This document shows positions 41,004 to 50,420 of a stretch of DNA of 53,837 bases, in pieces (the stretch's first letter is position 1; every line of letters starts with the position of its first letter). The stretch is taken from assembly GCA_964541365.1 (NCBI GenBank), contig CAZIPJ010000002.1, positions 1 to 53,837 of the forward strand, written 5' to 3'. The position numbers and the translations under genes were made by a program. Below the pieces are notes generated by a model. It made no database searches and had not been told where the DNA came from. It saw only the letters and a list, made by a program, of their open reading frames with translations. This stretch comes from an uncultured Lachnospiraceae bacterium. Its GTDB lineage: Bacteria > Bacillota > Clostridia > Christensenellales > UBA1242.

Positions 41004-42053
41004 ATGAATTGGAAGAAAATTTGGGGCGACATTTGCAACTATTTCAAAGCTAATGTTTGGAATATAGTTTGGTTTTTCGCTATCCTTATCATTGGAATCA
41101 TTGTCATAAAAATTCTGTTGACAGTGACAAGAAAAATTTTGAAACATACGAAAATGGAAAAAATTGCTCAGCAATTTATTTGCACTATACTTAAATTTTT
41201 GCTGTGGCTTGTGCTGATTTTGCTGTTGTTGTCTCAACTCGGCGTGGAAATAACAGGTATTTTGACTGCTTGCAGTGCTGTTATATTGGCTGTTGGTATG
41301 GCATTGCAAAATGCAATCGCAAATGTGGCAAACGGAATCATCATTATTTCAAGCCATATGTTTAAAAAAGGTGATTACATTATCACAAACGGCGTTGAAG
41401 GCAATATCACTGACATCAATTTTATGTTTACAACATTGATTACCCCTGACAACAAAAGAGTCACTTTGCCAAACAGCAACCTAATCAACAACAATGTAAC
41501 AAACCTTGGAGCATATCCAAAGCGTAGAGTTGATTTCACTTTCTCAGTTGCATACGAAAGTGATGTTGAATTGGTAAAGAAAATCGTTACAGATGTTATG
41601 GCAAGCAATGGAAAAGTTTACCTTGACCCAGCACCATTTTGCAGACTTAAAGTTTTGAATGCAAGCAGCATTGATTTCTTTGCAAACTGCTGGTGTGACA
41701 ATGCTGACTATTGGGATGTTTACTATTATATTATTGAAAATGTTTACAACGAATTTAAACGTAAAAACATCTCTGTTCCTTACAATCAACTTGAAGTGCG
41801 TGAACGTAAAGATAAAGTGGTTATGCCTGTTGAAGGTAAAGGACTTCCAAAGCGTGTTGAAAAGGTAAGACCAGAACACGAAGAACGCCCAATTGAATCA
41901 TTCACAAAGATTTTCAACCACAAGAAAAAAGAAAAGAAATCTAAAAAAGAAAAACAAAGCGAGACTCCAAAAGTTGAAGAAACAGTAGTTTCTGAAAAAC
42001 CGGAAGAAACAGTTGAAGAAGTTAAAACTAAACCAACAAAAAAGAAGAAATAA
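41004..42053 (+). CDS. MscS-family small-conductance mechanosensitive channel
   Basis: Start at ATG 41004 with SD AAAGGAG. Three TM segments, then ...LTACSAVILAVGMALQNAIANVANGIIIISSHMFKKGDYIITNGVEGNITDINFMFTTLITPDNKRVTLPNSNL, the MscS pore helix/beta-domain signature. Lys/Glu-rich tail. Confidence 0.85.
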   Translation: MNWKKIWGDICNYFKANVWNIVWFFAILIIGIIVIKILLTVTRKILKHTKMEKIAQQFICTILKFLLWLVLILLLLSQLGVEITGILTACSAVILAVGMALQNAIANVANGIIIISSHMFKKGDYIITNGVEGNITDINFMFTTLITPDNKRVTLPNSNLINNNVTNLGAYPKRRVDFTFSVAYESDVELVKKIVTDVMASNGKVYLDPAPFCRLKVLNASSIDFFANCWCDNADYWDVYYYIIENVYNEFKRKNISVPYNQLEVRERKDKVVMPVEGKGLPKRVEKVRPEHEERPIESFTKIFNHKKKEKKSKKEKQSETPKVEETVVSEKPEETVEEVKTKPTKKKK

Positions 42054-42058
42054 TAAAG

Positions 42059-42088
42059 AGGACTTTTCATAGTCCTTTTATTTTTTAT
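42059..42088 (+). terminator. Rho-independent terminator after the mscS-like gene
   Basis: AGGACT-tttcat-AGTCCT followed by TTTTATTTTTT. Confidence 0.75.
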
Positions 42089-42100
42089 TGCCTGACGCTT

Positions 42101-42571
42101 CTACATATCCTTCAAAAGCTTCACATCGTTTCTGAGACTTCTTCCATTCGCCTTAAAATCAGAAACAAACGAACTTGCAACTTCTGGCGGCATAAGTGGA
42201 AGAGTAGGAATTTTATCAATCTCCAAAAGCATTGGTTTGTACACCCCACGGTCTCTGTTTGCTTGAAACTCTTCTCCTACGCCAGTTCCAAATTCTCCTG
42301 CAACCCACTCGCAAATAAAGAAATGCTCCACACTTCTTTCATTCTCGTAAATGTAGACTTTTTTGAGCGGTCTGACAGTAAGTCCAAATTCTTCAAGTAC
42401 TTCTCTTACCACACATTCTTCGTATGTCTCACCAGATTCTTTCCCGCCACCAGGAAATGTGTAAAATATCCGTCCATTAAACTCACGATACATAGAAACA
42501 ATCTTATTGTCAAAATAAATAATTGCTCTCGCTCTATCTCTCTTTACATCACTCATTTTTCCTTCTCCCAA
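42101..42571 (-). CDS. NUDIX hydrolase
   Basis: Nudix box GGGKESGETYEECVVREVLEEFGL. The true start may be the internal MSDVKRD (ATG 42556). Confidence 0.75.
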   Translation of the reverse strand: MGEGKMSDVKRDRARAIIYFDNKIVSMYREFNGRIFYTFPGGGKESGETYEECVVREVLEEFGLTVRPLKKVYIYENERSVEHFFICEWVAGEFGTGVGEEFQANRDRGVYKPMLLEIDKIPTLPLMPPEVASSFVSDFKANGRSLRNDVKLLKDM

Positions 42572-42615
42572 TTTTGTAGTCGGTGCTCATTTAATTTTGT
42601 AAAAATTAAAGTACT

Positions 42616-43706
42616 TTACTTATTTGTTGATATTATTTTAAGCATATCTATTAAAAGCTCATTGTATCTTTTATATTGTCTTAATTCTAAATACTCATTT
42701 GGCTTATGAGACAAAGAAAGGTTTCCAGCACCAAACAGAAAAGCGGTAGAATTTAATCCATCTTGAAACCTACCAGCTTCTGCATCTGCATTAAATTTTC
42801 CTTCTTCCAAATTTAATTTTGAAATCAATTTAGCAATAATATCAGAATTTTGCTTTTCCAATGGTTTAGACTCGCTGTAACGAGAATATTCAAGTTTAGC
42901 GCCGGCATACAGTCTTTCAAGTTTTTTTATTTCCTTTTCAATCAATTTGTCTAACATTTTGGCAGCTTTTAAAGTCGAACATCTCATATCGAATTCAATA
43001 CAGGCGTTCCCTGCAACAACATTAAAATCTTTTCCACCTGAGATTACGCCAACCGATAGTGTAGTCCCCTTATATTTGTTACTCAATTTTTCAATGAATA
43101 AACTAAATCGAGATGCAATGTAAATCGCATTTACGCCATCCGATGGGTTGGCGCTATGACACGATTTTCCTGTAATATTAACTTTACAAACACTGCAAGA
43201 CCTAGACGATGTACAAATTTTAAGATTTGTTGGCTCTCCAACTATGGTGCATAAAGAGTTTATGTTTTTAGTTTTTAAATATTTGATTATCTGTTCCACA
43301 CCATTTTGTTCTGTTTCTTCATCGGACGAGATGCACACAACTATTGGCGTTTGCATCTTTTTTATTTCTTGAATATTATCAATTATGGAAGAAAAAAACA
43401 TTTCATATCAATCACGCCTAGTCCATAAATTTTCCCATCTTTTTCAGTAGCCACGTACGGATTGGTTAAGTATTCACCTTCGTCTGCTTCCACCGTGTCA
43501 ATATGCCCTGACAAAATTATCGCATCAATATTTTCAAGTTCACAATTTATTCCAATAATAAGATTTTCTTTCTTACTGTCAGTATTTTTAATTCTAACGA
43601 TTTGTTTCGCATACGAACTAAACCTAGATTCAAGATATTCAATTATCTCTTTGTTTTGATTTGTATCAGTGCTTTTTATTCCTATCAAATCACTTAACGT
43701 GCTCAT
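42616..43706 (-). pseudogene. M20-family metallopeptidase (ArgE/DapE-like) interrupted by a frameshift in a T7 tract
   Basis: Track ORFs 43383-43706 (…LSGHIDTVEADEG…GKIYGLGVIDMKCFFLP-stop) and 42616-43401 (MFFSSIIDNIQ…ISSDEETEQNG…). The HxD, GxGxxDMK and DEE motifs are M20 hallmarks. The two frames join at ATGAAATGTTTTTTTCTTCC (plus-strand A7 at 43392-43398). One extra T gives MKCFFSSIIDNIQ. Confidence 0.75.
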
Positions 43707-43985
43707 ATATTTCCCCCCCCAAAAAAACTATTTATCTTGCAATATAAAGTGCATCGAAGCTGACTCCCCTTAATAGAAACCAAAACTTCTTTTTTAATCT
43801 GAATTTCTCGTTTAATTTCTATAATTCTAACACAAAAATTAAGATAATTCAAAATTGTTTTGATTGAATGTATCTCAGTCTTGCAAAGAATTATTTAAGG
43901 ACTGTACTGAGCACTTCCCAAGAAAAGTCATTAAAAAGTTTGTTTTTATGTGGAGTAATCCTTATAATATATAGGTGGAGTTAAT

Positions 43986-44450
43986 ATGATTGTAGATAAA
44001 CAAGGGCTTGAACAGATTGATGAGTTGATAAATATTGAAAAAAACAAACTTAGAGAAGCAGTTAAACAGAAAGCCATCGCATTTCAGAATGATACCAATG
44101 CTTGGCACGACAATGCTGCTTATGATGCAGCACTTGAAAGAGAAAATGAAGCCATTGAAGAAATAAATAGACTTATTGATATAAAAATGACTGTGGAAGT
44201 AATTTCAAAGCATAACATTCCAGAGCAAATCGATATTGGAGACATTGTTACCGTTGAAATGAATAATGATGAAATTTTTGATGTTGTATTAACAGGAAAA
44301 TTCCAAGCAAACAGCAAAGACAGTGAAGTCACCTTAAATAGCCCAATCGGAGAAGCAATTTACAAAAAACAGATTGGCGACACCATAAGTTACCTTTCCC
44401 ACGGCAAAAACAAATGCTTAATAAAAATTTTGGCTGTCAAGAAATCTTGA
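43986..44450 (+). CDS. GreA/GreB-family transcription elongation factor-like protein
   Basis: 154 aa with SD AGGTGGAG. N-terminal coiled coil with ...NAWHDNAAYDAA...; C-terminal IDIGDIVTVEM…VTLNSPIGEAIYKKQIGDTISY resembles the GreA C-terminal domain (…S..SP+G.AL+G+..GD.+). Confidence 0.6.
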   Translation: MIVDKQGLEQIDELINIEKNKLREAVKQKAIAFQNDTNAWHDNAAYDAALERENEAIEEINRLIDIKMTVEVISKHNIPEQIDIGDIVTVEMNNDEIFDVVLTGKFQANSKDSEVTLNSPIGEAIYKKQIGDTISYLSHGKNKCLIKILAVKKS

Positions 44451-44480
44451 AGCAAAGACTATAAAGCTTGAAAAAAACTC

Positions 44481-44523
44481 CTTGTAGATGATATTTGTAT
44501 CAAAATACAAGAAGTCTTTTTTT
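44481..44523 (+). terminator. Probable terminator after the greA-like gene
   Basis: Nested stem CTTGTA..TGATA-tttg-TATCA..TACAAG, then AAGTC plus T7. Confidence 0.45.
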
Positions 44524-44579
44524 ATTTTGTGGAATTTTCATTGTTTTTAAATCTTTTTAGAAAACAAATCAAAGCCGAA

Positions 44580-47500
44580 TCAATATAAAGCAAATGAGTC
44601 AATGTAGGTATCACCCGTACATCTTATTTCCACTTTATGCTTACCTTTCGACAGCTCTGGCGAAAGATAAGTAATTGAAGAGTTGCCCGTAGTCCGCAGA
44701 ACGTCAATTGAATCTACTTTCTTTCCGTCAATATATACGTTGAAGTGGCTATCTTTCTGAGTGGAAGTAACAACAGCAACACGAGTCCCCGTAAACTGGA
44801 AGTTTACTTTGCTGCCGTTTTTGCCGTGATAGTACAAACCAAAGTAAGCAGTGCCTTGTTCAGCTTTCCAGTTGCCGGTGAAAATTATTGAGTCGTTGTG
44901 TGGCGAGATGCGGTTTGCACCGTTTCCCGTGAGACTTAATGTATACGAGAATTCTATACCACTGAGAATTATACGCCCTGTATTGCTGTGCGATGAAGCC
45001 ATAGTTATTTTTACATAGCGGAACTTGTAAACATTATTTAAATTCACCGTTGCACTGTGCGCTGCACCCGTCCCGTTTGTATACTCGCCAGCACTGGTAT
45101 ATTTTACGCCATCTGTACTGATTTCAACGGTAAATTTCTTTGGAAGCCCCTGCTGTGCGGTGTTTGCCGCATTAGGCGTTCTTCCACGGAAAGTTACTTT
45201 GTTGGCAGTAATCATTTTGCCCATATCCAAAGTGAAATACATACCGTTGGCTGTATTTGCTCTTGGGTGGATAAATGTAGTAGTGCCTTCAACAAACAGA
45301 TTGTCTATTTTGTAAGCTGCATTTTCTGCAACGAAGTTGGTTTCAACCAGTTTGGCACTCTCGTCCCAAGTGGAATAAGTTTCAGTCCTTCCAGTGTAGT
45401 TGATGTTGTAATCCCTTAAATAGAAGTAATCGCTTTCAAAGTCTCCGTTGTCAGGGAAGTTGTAGTCAGTTCTGTAAGCGTTGATATAAGGCTGACTGTT
45501 ATTGGTAATTGTTGGTGGAGTCCTTTGCGCCGACATCACTTCTTCTTCGGAAACTTCCTGTCCTGCGCTGTTCAAGTAGTAAGTTTTTGTATAAAGTGCC
45601 AGTTTTTCTTCGTCGCTCATTTCATCGTATTCCGCAGAAGTAACTTGCTCTGTGCGAGCTTCATCGTAGTAGTAGTTTATTTCCTGCGTGAATTGTGGGT
45701 CATCCCACTGCTTCATACCCACGCCAATATAGGAGCACGAATTGCCGAAGTTTTCCACGAGCATAACTTCCTTGATATACAACCAGTTTTCAATCAATTC
45801 GCCTTGTGCAGGTTCGATTTTATAGATTGGAGTAGTGCTGCCGTTGATGTAGACATTGCCTTCGTCAAACTCAATGTCAAAATAAGTCTTTGAATCATTT
45901 GGACGGAACAAGTGACTGGTGCTTGATGCAATTGTATCTTTGATGGTTGCACCAAGATAATATTTTTTACCATTCAGTGAGTAGTACAATGCACAGTTCA
46001 GTCGTCCACGAAGATATACTCGATATTTGCCGTCGCTTGCGAAATACAGCTTGCCGTCTACGACATCAATTGTATTGTTATGCGCAAAATATGAGTCAGG
46101 GTCATTTGGATAACTTGTGTGATATTTCTCAGTGTCAGGACGATACCAAATGTCAGTGTTTGCGTTCTGAGTGAAGTTAACGTGATTCTTTACAACAGAT
46201 GTGCCGCCTGCAAATTTATTGTTGAAAGCGGTTTCTGCATCTGAGTACATATTTTGTTCTGTGTAGGTGTATGTGGTTCTCGTCAAAGTTGTTCTGTTAA
46301 CTTCTTGCGAAATTTGGAATTCAAGTATTAAAGTAACATCGTCAACCTTAAATGCACCGTCGTCCTTGGTTATTTCAAGTGTTACGAGAATTTCTCCGGA
46401 AGTGCTGCCAGTCTTTGCGTCCTTGGCAGGTGTATATTTAAGTTTGTTTTTGTTTATAAATTCAATTGAGCCATTGGCTGGTTTAGTTACGCTCTTGACT
46501 TTGTAAGTGAAGCCGTTTGGAATAACTATACTTCCACTCTCATACTGCCCGCCAGATGTGGTGGTGTATCGAGAAAGGTCAATATCAAAGGTATCTTTTG
46601 CGATTACATATGGCTGCATTGTCTTAAAGTATTTCTTTTCGCCGTTGTACATATAGCTTCTGCCCGTCTGGTATACGCACGAAACAGGCACAAACATAGG
46701 ATAGTCAGCAGGAGCGTTGTTTGTTATACCCGTACCGTGCAATATGTCGTTAAAGTAGTAGTACATATTGTTGTGGGTATAGTTCTGCCACGCACCCATA
46801 TAGCCTGCATAACTCTGTCCGCCTTTTCTCGTATTGGTAAAAGCAGCAGCACCGAAATTGTGTAAAAGTGTTGCATAGAGCGGCAGACTCTTTTGGCTGC
46901 TCGTTGCTTTAAGAGTTTCATTCAAAGCCCAAGATGCACTTGTGTATCTGTTCCAGCCGCTTAATCCCTGCGCACCATAGTTTCCTATTCCCCTATTTGA
47001 AGAAATTTTAGTAAACAGTGCATATGATACGAGCGTAAGAGCATTGTTGGTAACTTCTCCGCCGGCACCTACTCCGTACCCTTGGAAATTGTGGTGGTAT
47101 TCGTGGAAGTTTCCCCAGCTGCCAGAAGTAACTATGCCGTTGTAGTTGAGAGATTGTGACATCCAGCCCAAAGGACAATTGACTGAGCTTCTGCCTGGGA
47201 ATGCAACCGCTGCACCTGCCGCAACAAAAGGGTCATAAAGGAATACTATGCCTTGATTGCTGCTGACAGCTGTCACCGATGCCACCTTATCCCAAAGCAT
47301 AGCTGCCTTGTAAAGTTTTTCGTATGAAAAAGTCTCAGCATAATATCTTGGACCTGAGTGGAGCACGCCACGGTGCCACACTTCCAAATCGAAATAAGGT
47401 ACCTTTGACTGTGTTTTAAGTCTGTTGAATTCTTCTTCGGTTGTGTAACCTAAAATGTAGTGTAGGTATTCAAGACCGCCAGAAATTTTAATCTTAGCGT

Positions 47501-48770
47501 TTGTGTTTTTGTTTCGGATGTAAATAGGTCCGCCGATAAACGAGCCAACATATCCCGTCCAAGTGTCCGTAGTTGCATTGTATTCGCAAGTGGATTTGTT
47601 TAAATTGAGTGTAGTCAAAAGATAAGGGAAACGCTGCATTTGATTCTTCGAAACCCAAATATTGTTCGCCTGTCCATTGTACAATGCCTGCCCGATATGA
47701 ATGGTAATGCCGTTTGTAGAGTTCATATCTGCACCACTTATTTCCACTTTAATTACTTCGCCAGCTGGGGCATATAGACCAGTAATGCCGTAACCATACG
47801 CACGCGAACGCATAGTTATTTCTTTAACTACACCTGGTGCGTCATCGGATACTTCATATTTCACACCGTTTCTGGTGTAACCTTCCATATACATTCCATT
47901 TGCGGCACTATGCTTATAAAGTTGTCTCCATTCTGTTCCATAGCCAGAAGCCGTCTTTTCAAGCGAGTGAATCCACTCTCCATCTTTGTATTGATAGAGA
48001 TAGCCATCCTTATCAATTCTGGTGTATTTATCGGCAGTTTGTGCACCACCCCTGTTAGCGCCAGCCGTTCCCCAGGCACACAGATAGCCTGCTTCCTGTA
48101 TAATCGCCGCCCTTGCGGCAACCTGAGCTTCGCCTGTGCCGATTGTGTGTTTTAATGTAGAGCCGTATTTAGGATAACGCTGAGCATTGTTCGCAAAAAC
48201 ATTACCAGTGGCAGGGACAAAAGCATCTCTTTCGTCTTTTGTTTCTTCAACAGGCTTGACTCTTTTATATTCGCCTGTAACTTCTGCGTAATAGTCAACC
48301 ATAGTAGCGTTTGAATATTCGTACTTGTATGCGTTTTGTGGGATGCTGTCGGAGTTGACAGGAGACAAAAGTTGTTCAGATTTCGGAGTTGGTTTATCGG
48401 TTAAAACGGTTCTTGTATTCAACAAACCAGAATTATTGCCATTTGGGTTAATGTCTCTCATTCCAAAGGCTAATCCAGCCCCCAAGGAAATTGACAAAAT
48501 CAGCGACACAACAAATGTCGCTACAAGCTTAAATTTTCTGGAACTCAGCACCGCAGCCAGCTTTTCCTTGCGCGGACTTTTTTCTCTTGACACGCGTGAT
48601 TTTTCAGCTTTTTTAGGTTCGGCTTTAATCGTCTCAGTTTTCGCAGCTGTTTTTGTCGCAGTTGTGCTTTTTGACTTGTTTGTTGCCGCAGGTTTTGCTG
48701 TCACTTGCGAACGCTGCTTTGAAGCTGTTTTCTTAGGCGTCACCTTAGGTTTAGCATTTTTATCTGCCAT
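44580..48770 (-). CDS. Membrane-anchored M60-like (enhancin/TCAF-like) zinc metallopeptidase with PA14-like and F5/8 type C (CBM32)-like carbohydrate-binding domains
   Basis: 1396 aa. About 85-aa Lys/Thr/Ala-rich N-terminal tail, then a TM anchor LVATFVVSLILSISLGAGLAFG. Zinc motif WGNFHEYHHNFQGYG (HEXXH) sits in M60-like context. C-terminal discoidin-like segment is PKKFTVEISTDGVKYTSAGEY…YKFRYVKITM, followed by a final beta-sandwich domain. Confidence 0.8.
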   Translation of the reverse strand: MADKNAKPKVTPKKTASKQRSQVTAKPAATNKSKSTTATKTAAKTETIKAEPKKAEKSRVSREKSPRKEKLAAVLSSRKFKLVATFVVSLILSISLGAGLAFGMRDINPNGNNSGLLNTRTVLTDKPTPKSEQLLSPVNSDSIPQNAYKYEYSNATMVDYYAEVTGEYKRVKPVEETKDERDAFVPATGNVFANNAQRYPKYGSTLKHTIGTGEAQVAARAAIIQEAGYLCAWGTAGANRGGAQTADKYTRIDKDGYLYQYKDGEWIHSLEKTASGYGTEWRQLYKHSAANGMYMEGYTRNGVKYEVSDDAPGVVKEITMRSRAYGYGITGLYAPAGEVIKVEISGADMNSTNGITIHIGQALYNGQANNIWVSKNQMQRFPYLLTTLNLNKSTCEYNATTDTWTGYVGSFIGGPIYIRNKNTNAKIKISGGLEYLHYILGYTTEEEFNRLKTQSKVPYFDLEVWHRGVLHSGPRYYAETFSYEKLYKAAMLWDKVASVTAVSSNQGIVFLYDPFVAAGAAVAFPGRSSVNCPLGWMSQSLNYNGIVTSGSWGNFHEYHHNFQGYGVGAGGEVTNNALTLVSYALFTKISSNRGIGNYGAQGLSGWNRYTSASWALNETLKATSSQKSLPLYATLLHNFGAAAFTNTRKGGQSYAGYMGAWQNYTHNNMYYYFNDILHGTGITNNAPADYPMFVPVSCVYQTGRSYMYNGEKKYFKTMQPYVIAKDTFDIDLSRYTTTSGGQYESGSIVIPNGFTYKVKSVTKPANGSIEFINKNKLKYTPAKDAKTGSTSGEILVTLEITKDDGAFKVDDVTLILEFQISQEVNRTTLTRTTYTYTEQNMYSDAETAFNNKFAGGTSVVKNHVNFTQNANTDIWYRPDTEKYHTSYPNDPDSYFAHNNTIDVVDGKLYFASDGKYRVYLRGRLNCALYYSLNGKKYYLGATIKDTIASSTSHLFRPNDSKTYFDIEFDEGNVYINGSTTPIYKIEPAQGELIENWLYIKEVMLVENFGNSCSYIGVGMKQWDDPQFTQEINYYYDEARTEQVTSAEYDEMSDEEKLALYTKTYYLNSAGQEVSEEEVMSAQRTPPTITNNSQPYINAYRTDYNFPDNGDFESDYFYLRDYNINYTGRTETYSTWDESAKLVETNFVAENAAYKIDNLFVEGTTTFIHPRANTANGMYFTLDMGKMITANKVTFRGRTPNAANTAQQGLPKKFTVEISTDGVKYTSAGEYTNGTGAAHSATVNLNNVYKFRYVKITMASSHSNTGRIILSGIEFSYTLSLTGNGANRISPHNDSIIFTGNWKAEQGTAYFGLYYHGKNGSKVNFQFTGTRVAVVTSTQKDSHFNVYIDGKKVDSIDVLRTTGNSSITYLSPELSKGKHKVEIRCTGDTYIDSFALY

Positions 48771-48954
48771 ATAAACTCCTTACAATTTTAAATTATCTTA
48801 TAAATAGAATTCCCGTAGACTTAGTAATTACACTTATTTATAATATACCATTAGAATTTACTTATTGTCAACTTCGAACAGTCAACACCGAATAAATATA
48901 CTGTCGAAATTTTTTCATAAACTTTAAACATATCGCAAATACTGTCCAAACTTT

Positions 48955-48993
48955 ACAAAAAACGGTGGAGAAGTCTTTTTGACCTTTCCACCG
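48955..48993 (-). terminator. Rho-independent terminator after the acetyltransferase gene
   Basis: Minus strand reads CGGTGGAAAGGTC-aaaaa-GACTTCTCCACCG (one bulge), followed by TTTTTTG. Confidence 0.6.
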
Positions 48994-49036
48994 ATATACT
49001 TTAAGCAACATCCAGCTGAGTTTTTTCTCCATTAAG

Positions 49037-49582
49037 TTACTTAATTTTCTTTATAAATTTTGCAGGTACTCCCCCAACCACTGTATATGGCTCGACATCC
49101 TTGTTGACAACAGCTCCCGCCGCAACAATAGCGCCTTTCCCTATCTTAACACCTGGCAAGATTACCGCACCAGCACAAATCCAAGCACCGTCTTCAATTG
49201 CTACACTCTTCCCAATCTGTCCGGCTCTTTCATCAGCATCAAGATTATGTGTTACAGTCGAAATGACCACATTTGGTGCAATAAGAACTCTATCTCCAAT
49301 GCTCACCTTAAAGCTATCCAATATAACTGCATTAAAATTTATAAAGCAGTTGTTCCCAATAGAAATGTTAAAACCAAATGTACACTTAAAACCTTCTTTT
49401 ATTATGTTATTTTGTCCTATGCTTGCAAACAATTTTTTAAACATTTTGTCCCGCTTGCAATTTCCATAAGGTAGAAAATCCAATTTCTTCAAGAGCTTTG
49501 CACAATCTTTTTGTAAGTTGTCAAGCTTTGTATCAAAATGATATGGCTGATTTTTAGCCATCAATTCAAGTTGTTCAATCAT
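49037..49582 (-). CDS. Maltose/galactoside O-acetyltransferase-like hexapeptide-repeat (LbH) acetyltransferase
   Basis: 181 aa. The N-terminal Mac domain pattern (…YHFDTKLDNLQKDCAKLLKKLDFLP…) is followed by hexapeptide repeats (IGNNCFINFNAVILD…IGDRVLIAPNVVI…IEDGAWICAGAVILPGVKIGKGAIVAAGAVV). Confidence 0.8.
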   Translation of the reverse strand: MIEQLELMAKNQPYHFDTKLDNLQKDCAKLLKKLDFLPYGNCKRDKMFKKLFASIGQNNIIKEGFKCTFGFNISIGNNCFINFNAVILDSFKVSIGDRVLIAPNVVISTVTHNLDADERAGQIGKSVAIEDGAWICAGAVILPGVKIGKGAIVAAGAVVNKDVEPYTVVGGVPAKFIKKIK

Positions 49583-49690
49583 ATAAGCATTCTCCTTTAT
49601 TAAGGCTTTTTATAAAACATATTTGCGTCAGCATTACAAAAAGTCTCTTTTTTATTTTTCGACAGACCCTTGGTTATGCAATAGTAAAAA

Positions 49691-50410
49691 CTATCTCTTC
49701 CAAGGACGCTTATTCGCCAACCAACCTTGTTCTGTCCAATATTTATAATCAAGCGTTTCCGCCTGCTTTTTGTGAATTGACTTTTGTATCATTCGACACA
49801 TATAAAATTTCAATTTCGTTTTGAACTTTGTATGTGCTGGTTTTTCATAGTTTATTCTTGCAAATTTATTTGATAATCTTTTTATCTTTTTCGTTATCTT
49901 GCCTTGTTTCTTTTGTGGCAATTTATCCCAAGAAATATCACTCATCAAGTTTGTAGTAAAAATCCCAATCTTTGAAATCCCCCACCAAGCAAGGCTGTCT
50001 TTAATGTCTTTCGCTGCCGACTTTGCTCCTGCTCCAAGACACTGAGTTATTACAACTGCTCTTTTTGAAAACATTGCTGGATGTGGCCTGTGTGGCATCC
50101 AGCGAAAAGCCATATGGTCAAGAAATGATTTTATTGCACCTGTTGTATGCATAACATAAGCTGGCGAAGTGAACACAAGTAAATCTGCACTCTCAATTGA
50201 TTCTCTTATTGGTTTTGAATGCTCAATATTTTTACAATTATTCTCGCCTTTTACAAAACAAGTGGTGCATCCAGTGCAAAATACCCCGCAATCTTTTGGA
50301 AGATAAAATTCTGAAATCTCCGCATTGTCACGAAATCGCTCCAAGAACATCTCTTTTAATTTGAATGTAACACCTTTTTTCTCTGTACCATTTATAACTG
50401 CTATTTTCAT
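49691..50410 (-). CDS. Flavodoxin-fold NAD(P)H-dependent FMN reductase / iron-sulfur flavoprotein-like protein
   Basis: MKIAVINGTEKKG…CTGCTTCF…ADLLVFTSPAYVMHTTGAIKSFLD matches the NADPH-dependent FMN reductase pattern with a Cys cluster. Confidence 0.6.
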   Translation of the reverse strand: MKIAVINGTEKKGVTFKLKEMFLERFRDNAEISEFYLPKDCGVFCTGCTTCFVKGENNCKNIEHSKPIRESIESADLLVFTSPAYVMHTTGAIKSFLDHMAFRWMPHRPHPAMFSKRAVVITQCLGAGAKSAAKDIKDSLAWWGISKIGIFTTNLMSDISWDKLPQKKQGKITKKIKRLSNKFARINYEKPAHTKFKTKLKFYMCRMIQKSIHKKQAETLDYKYWTEQGWLANKRPWKR

Positions 50411-50420
50411 AGGCTATCCT

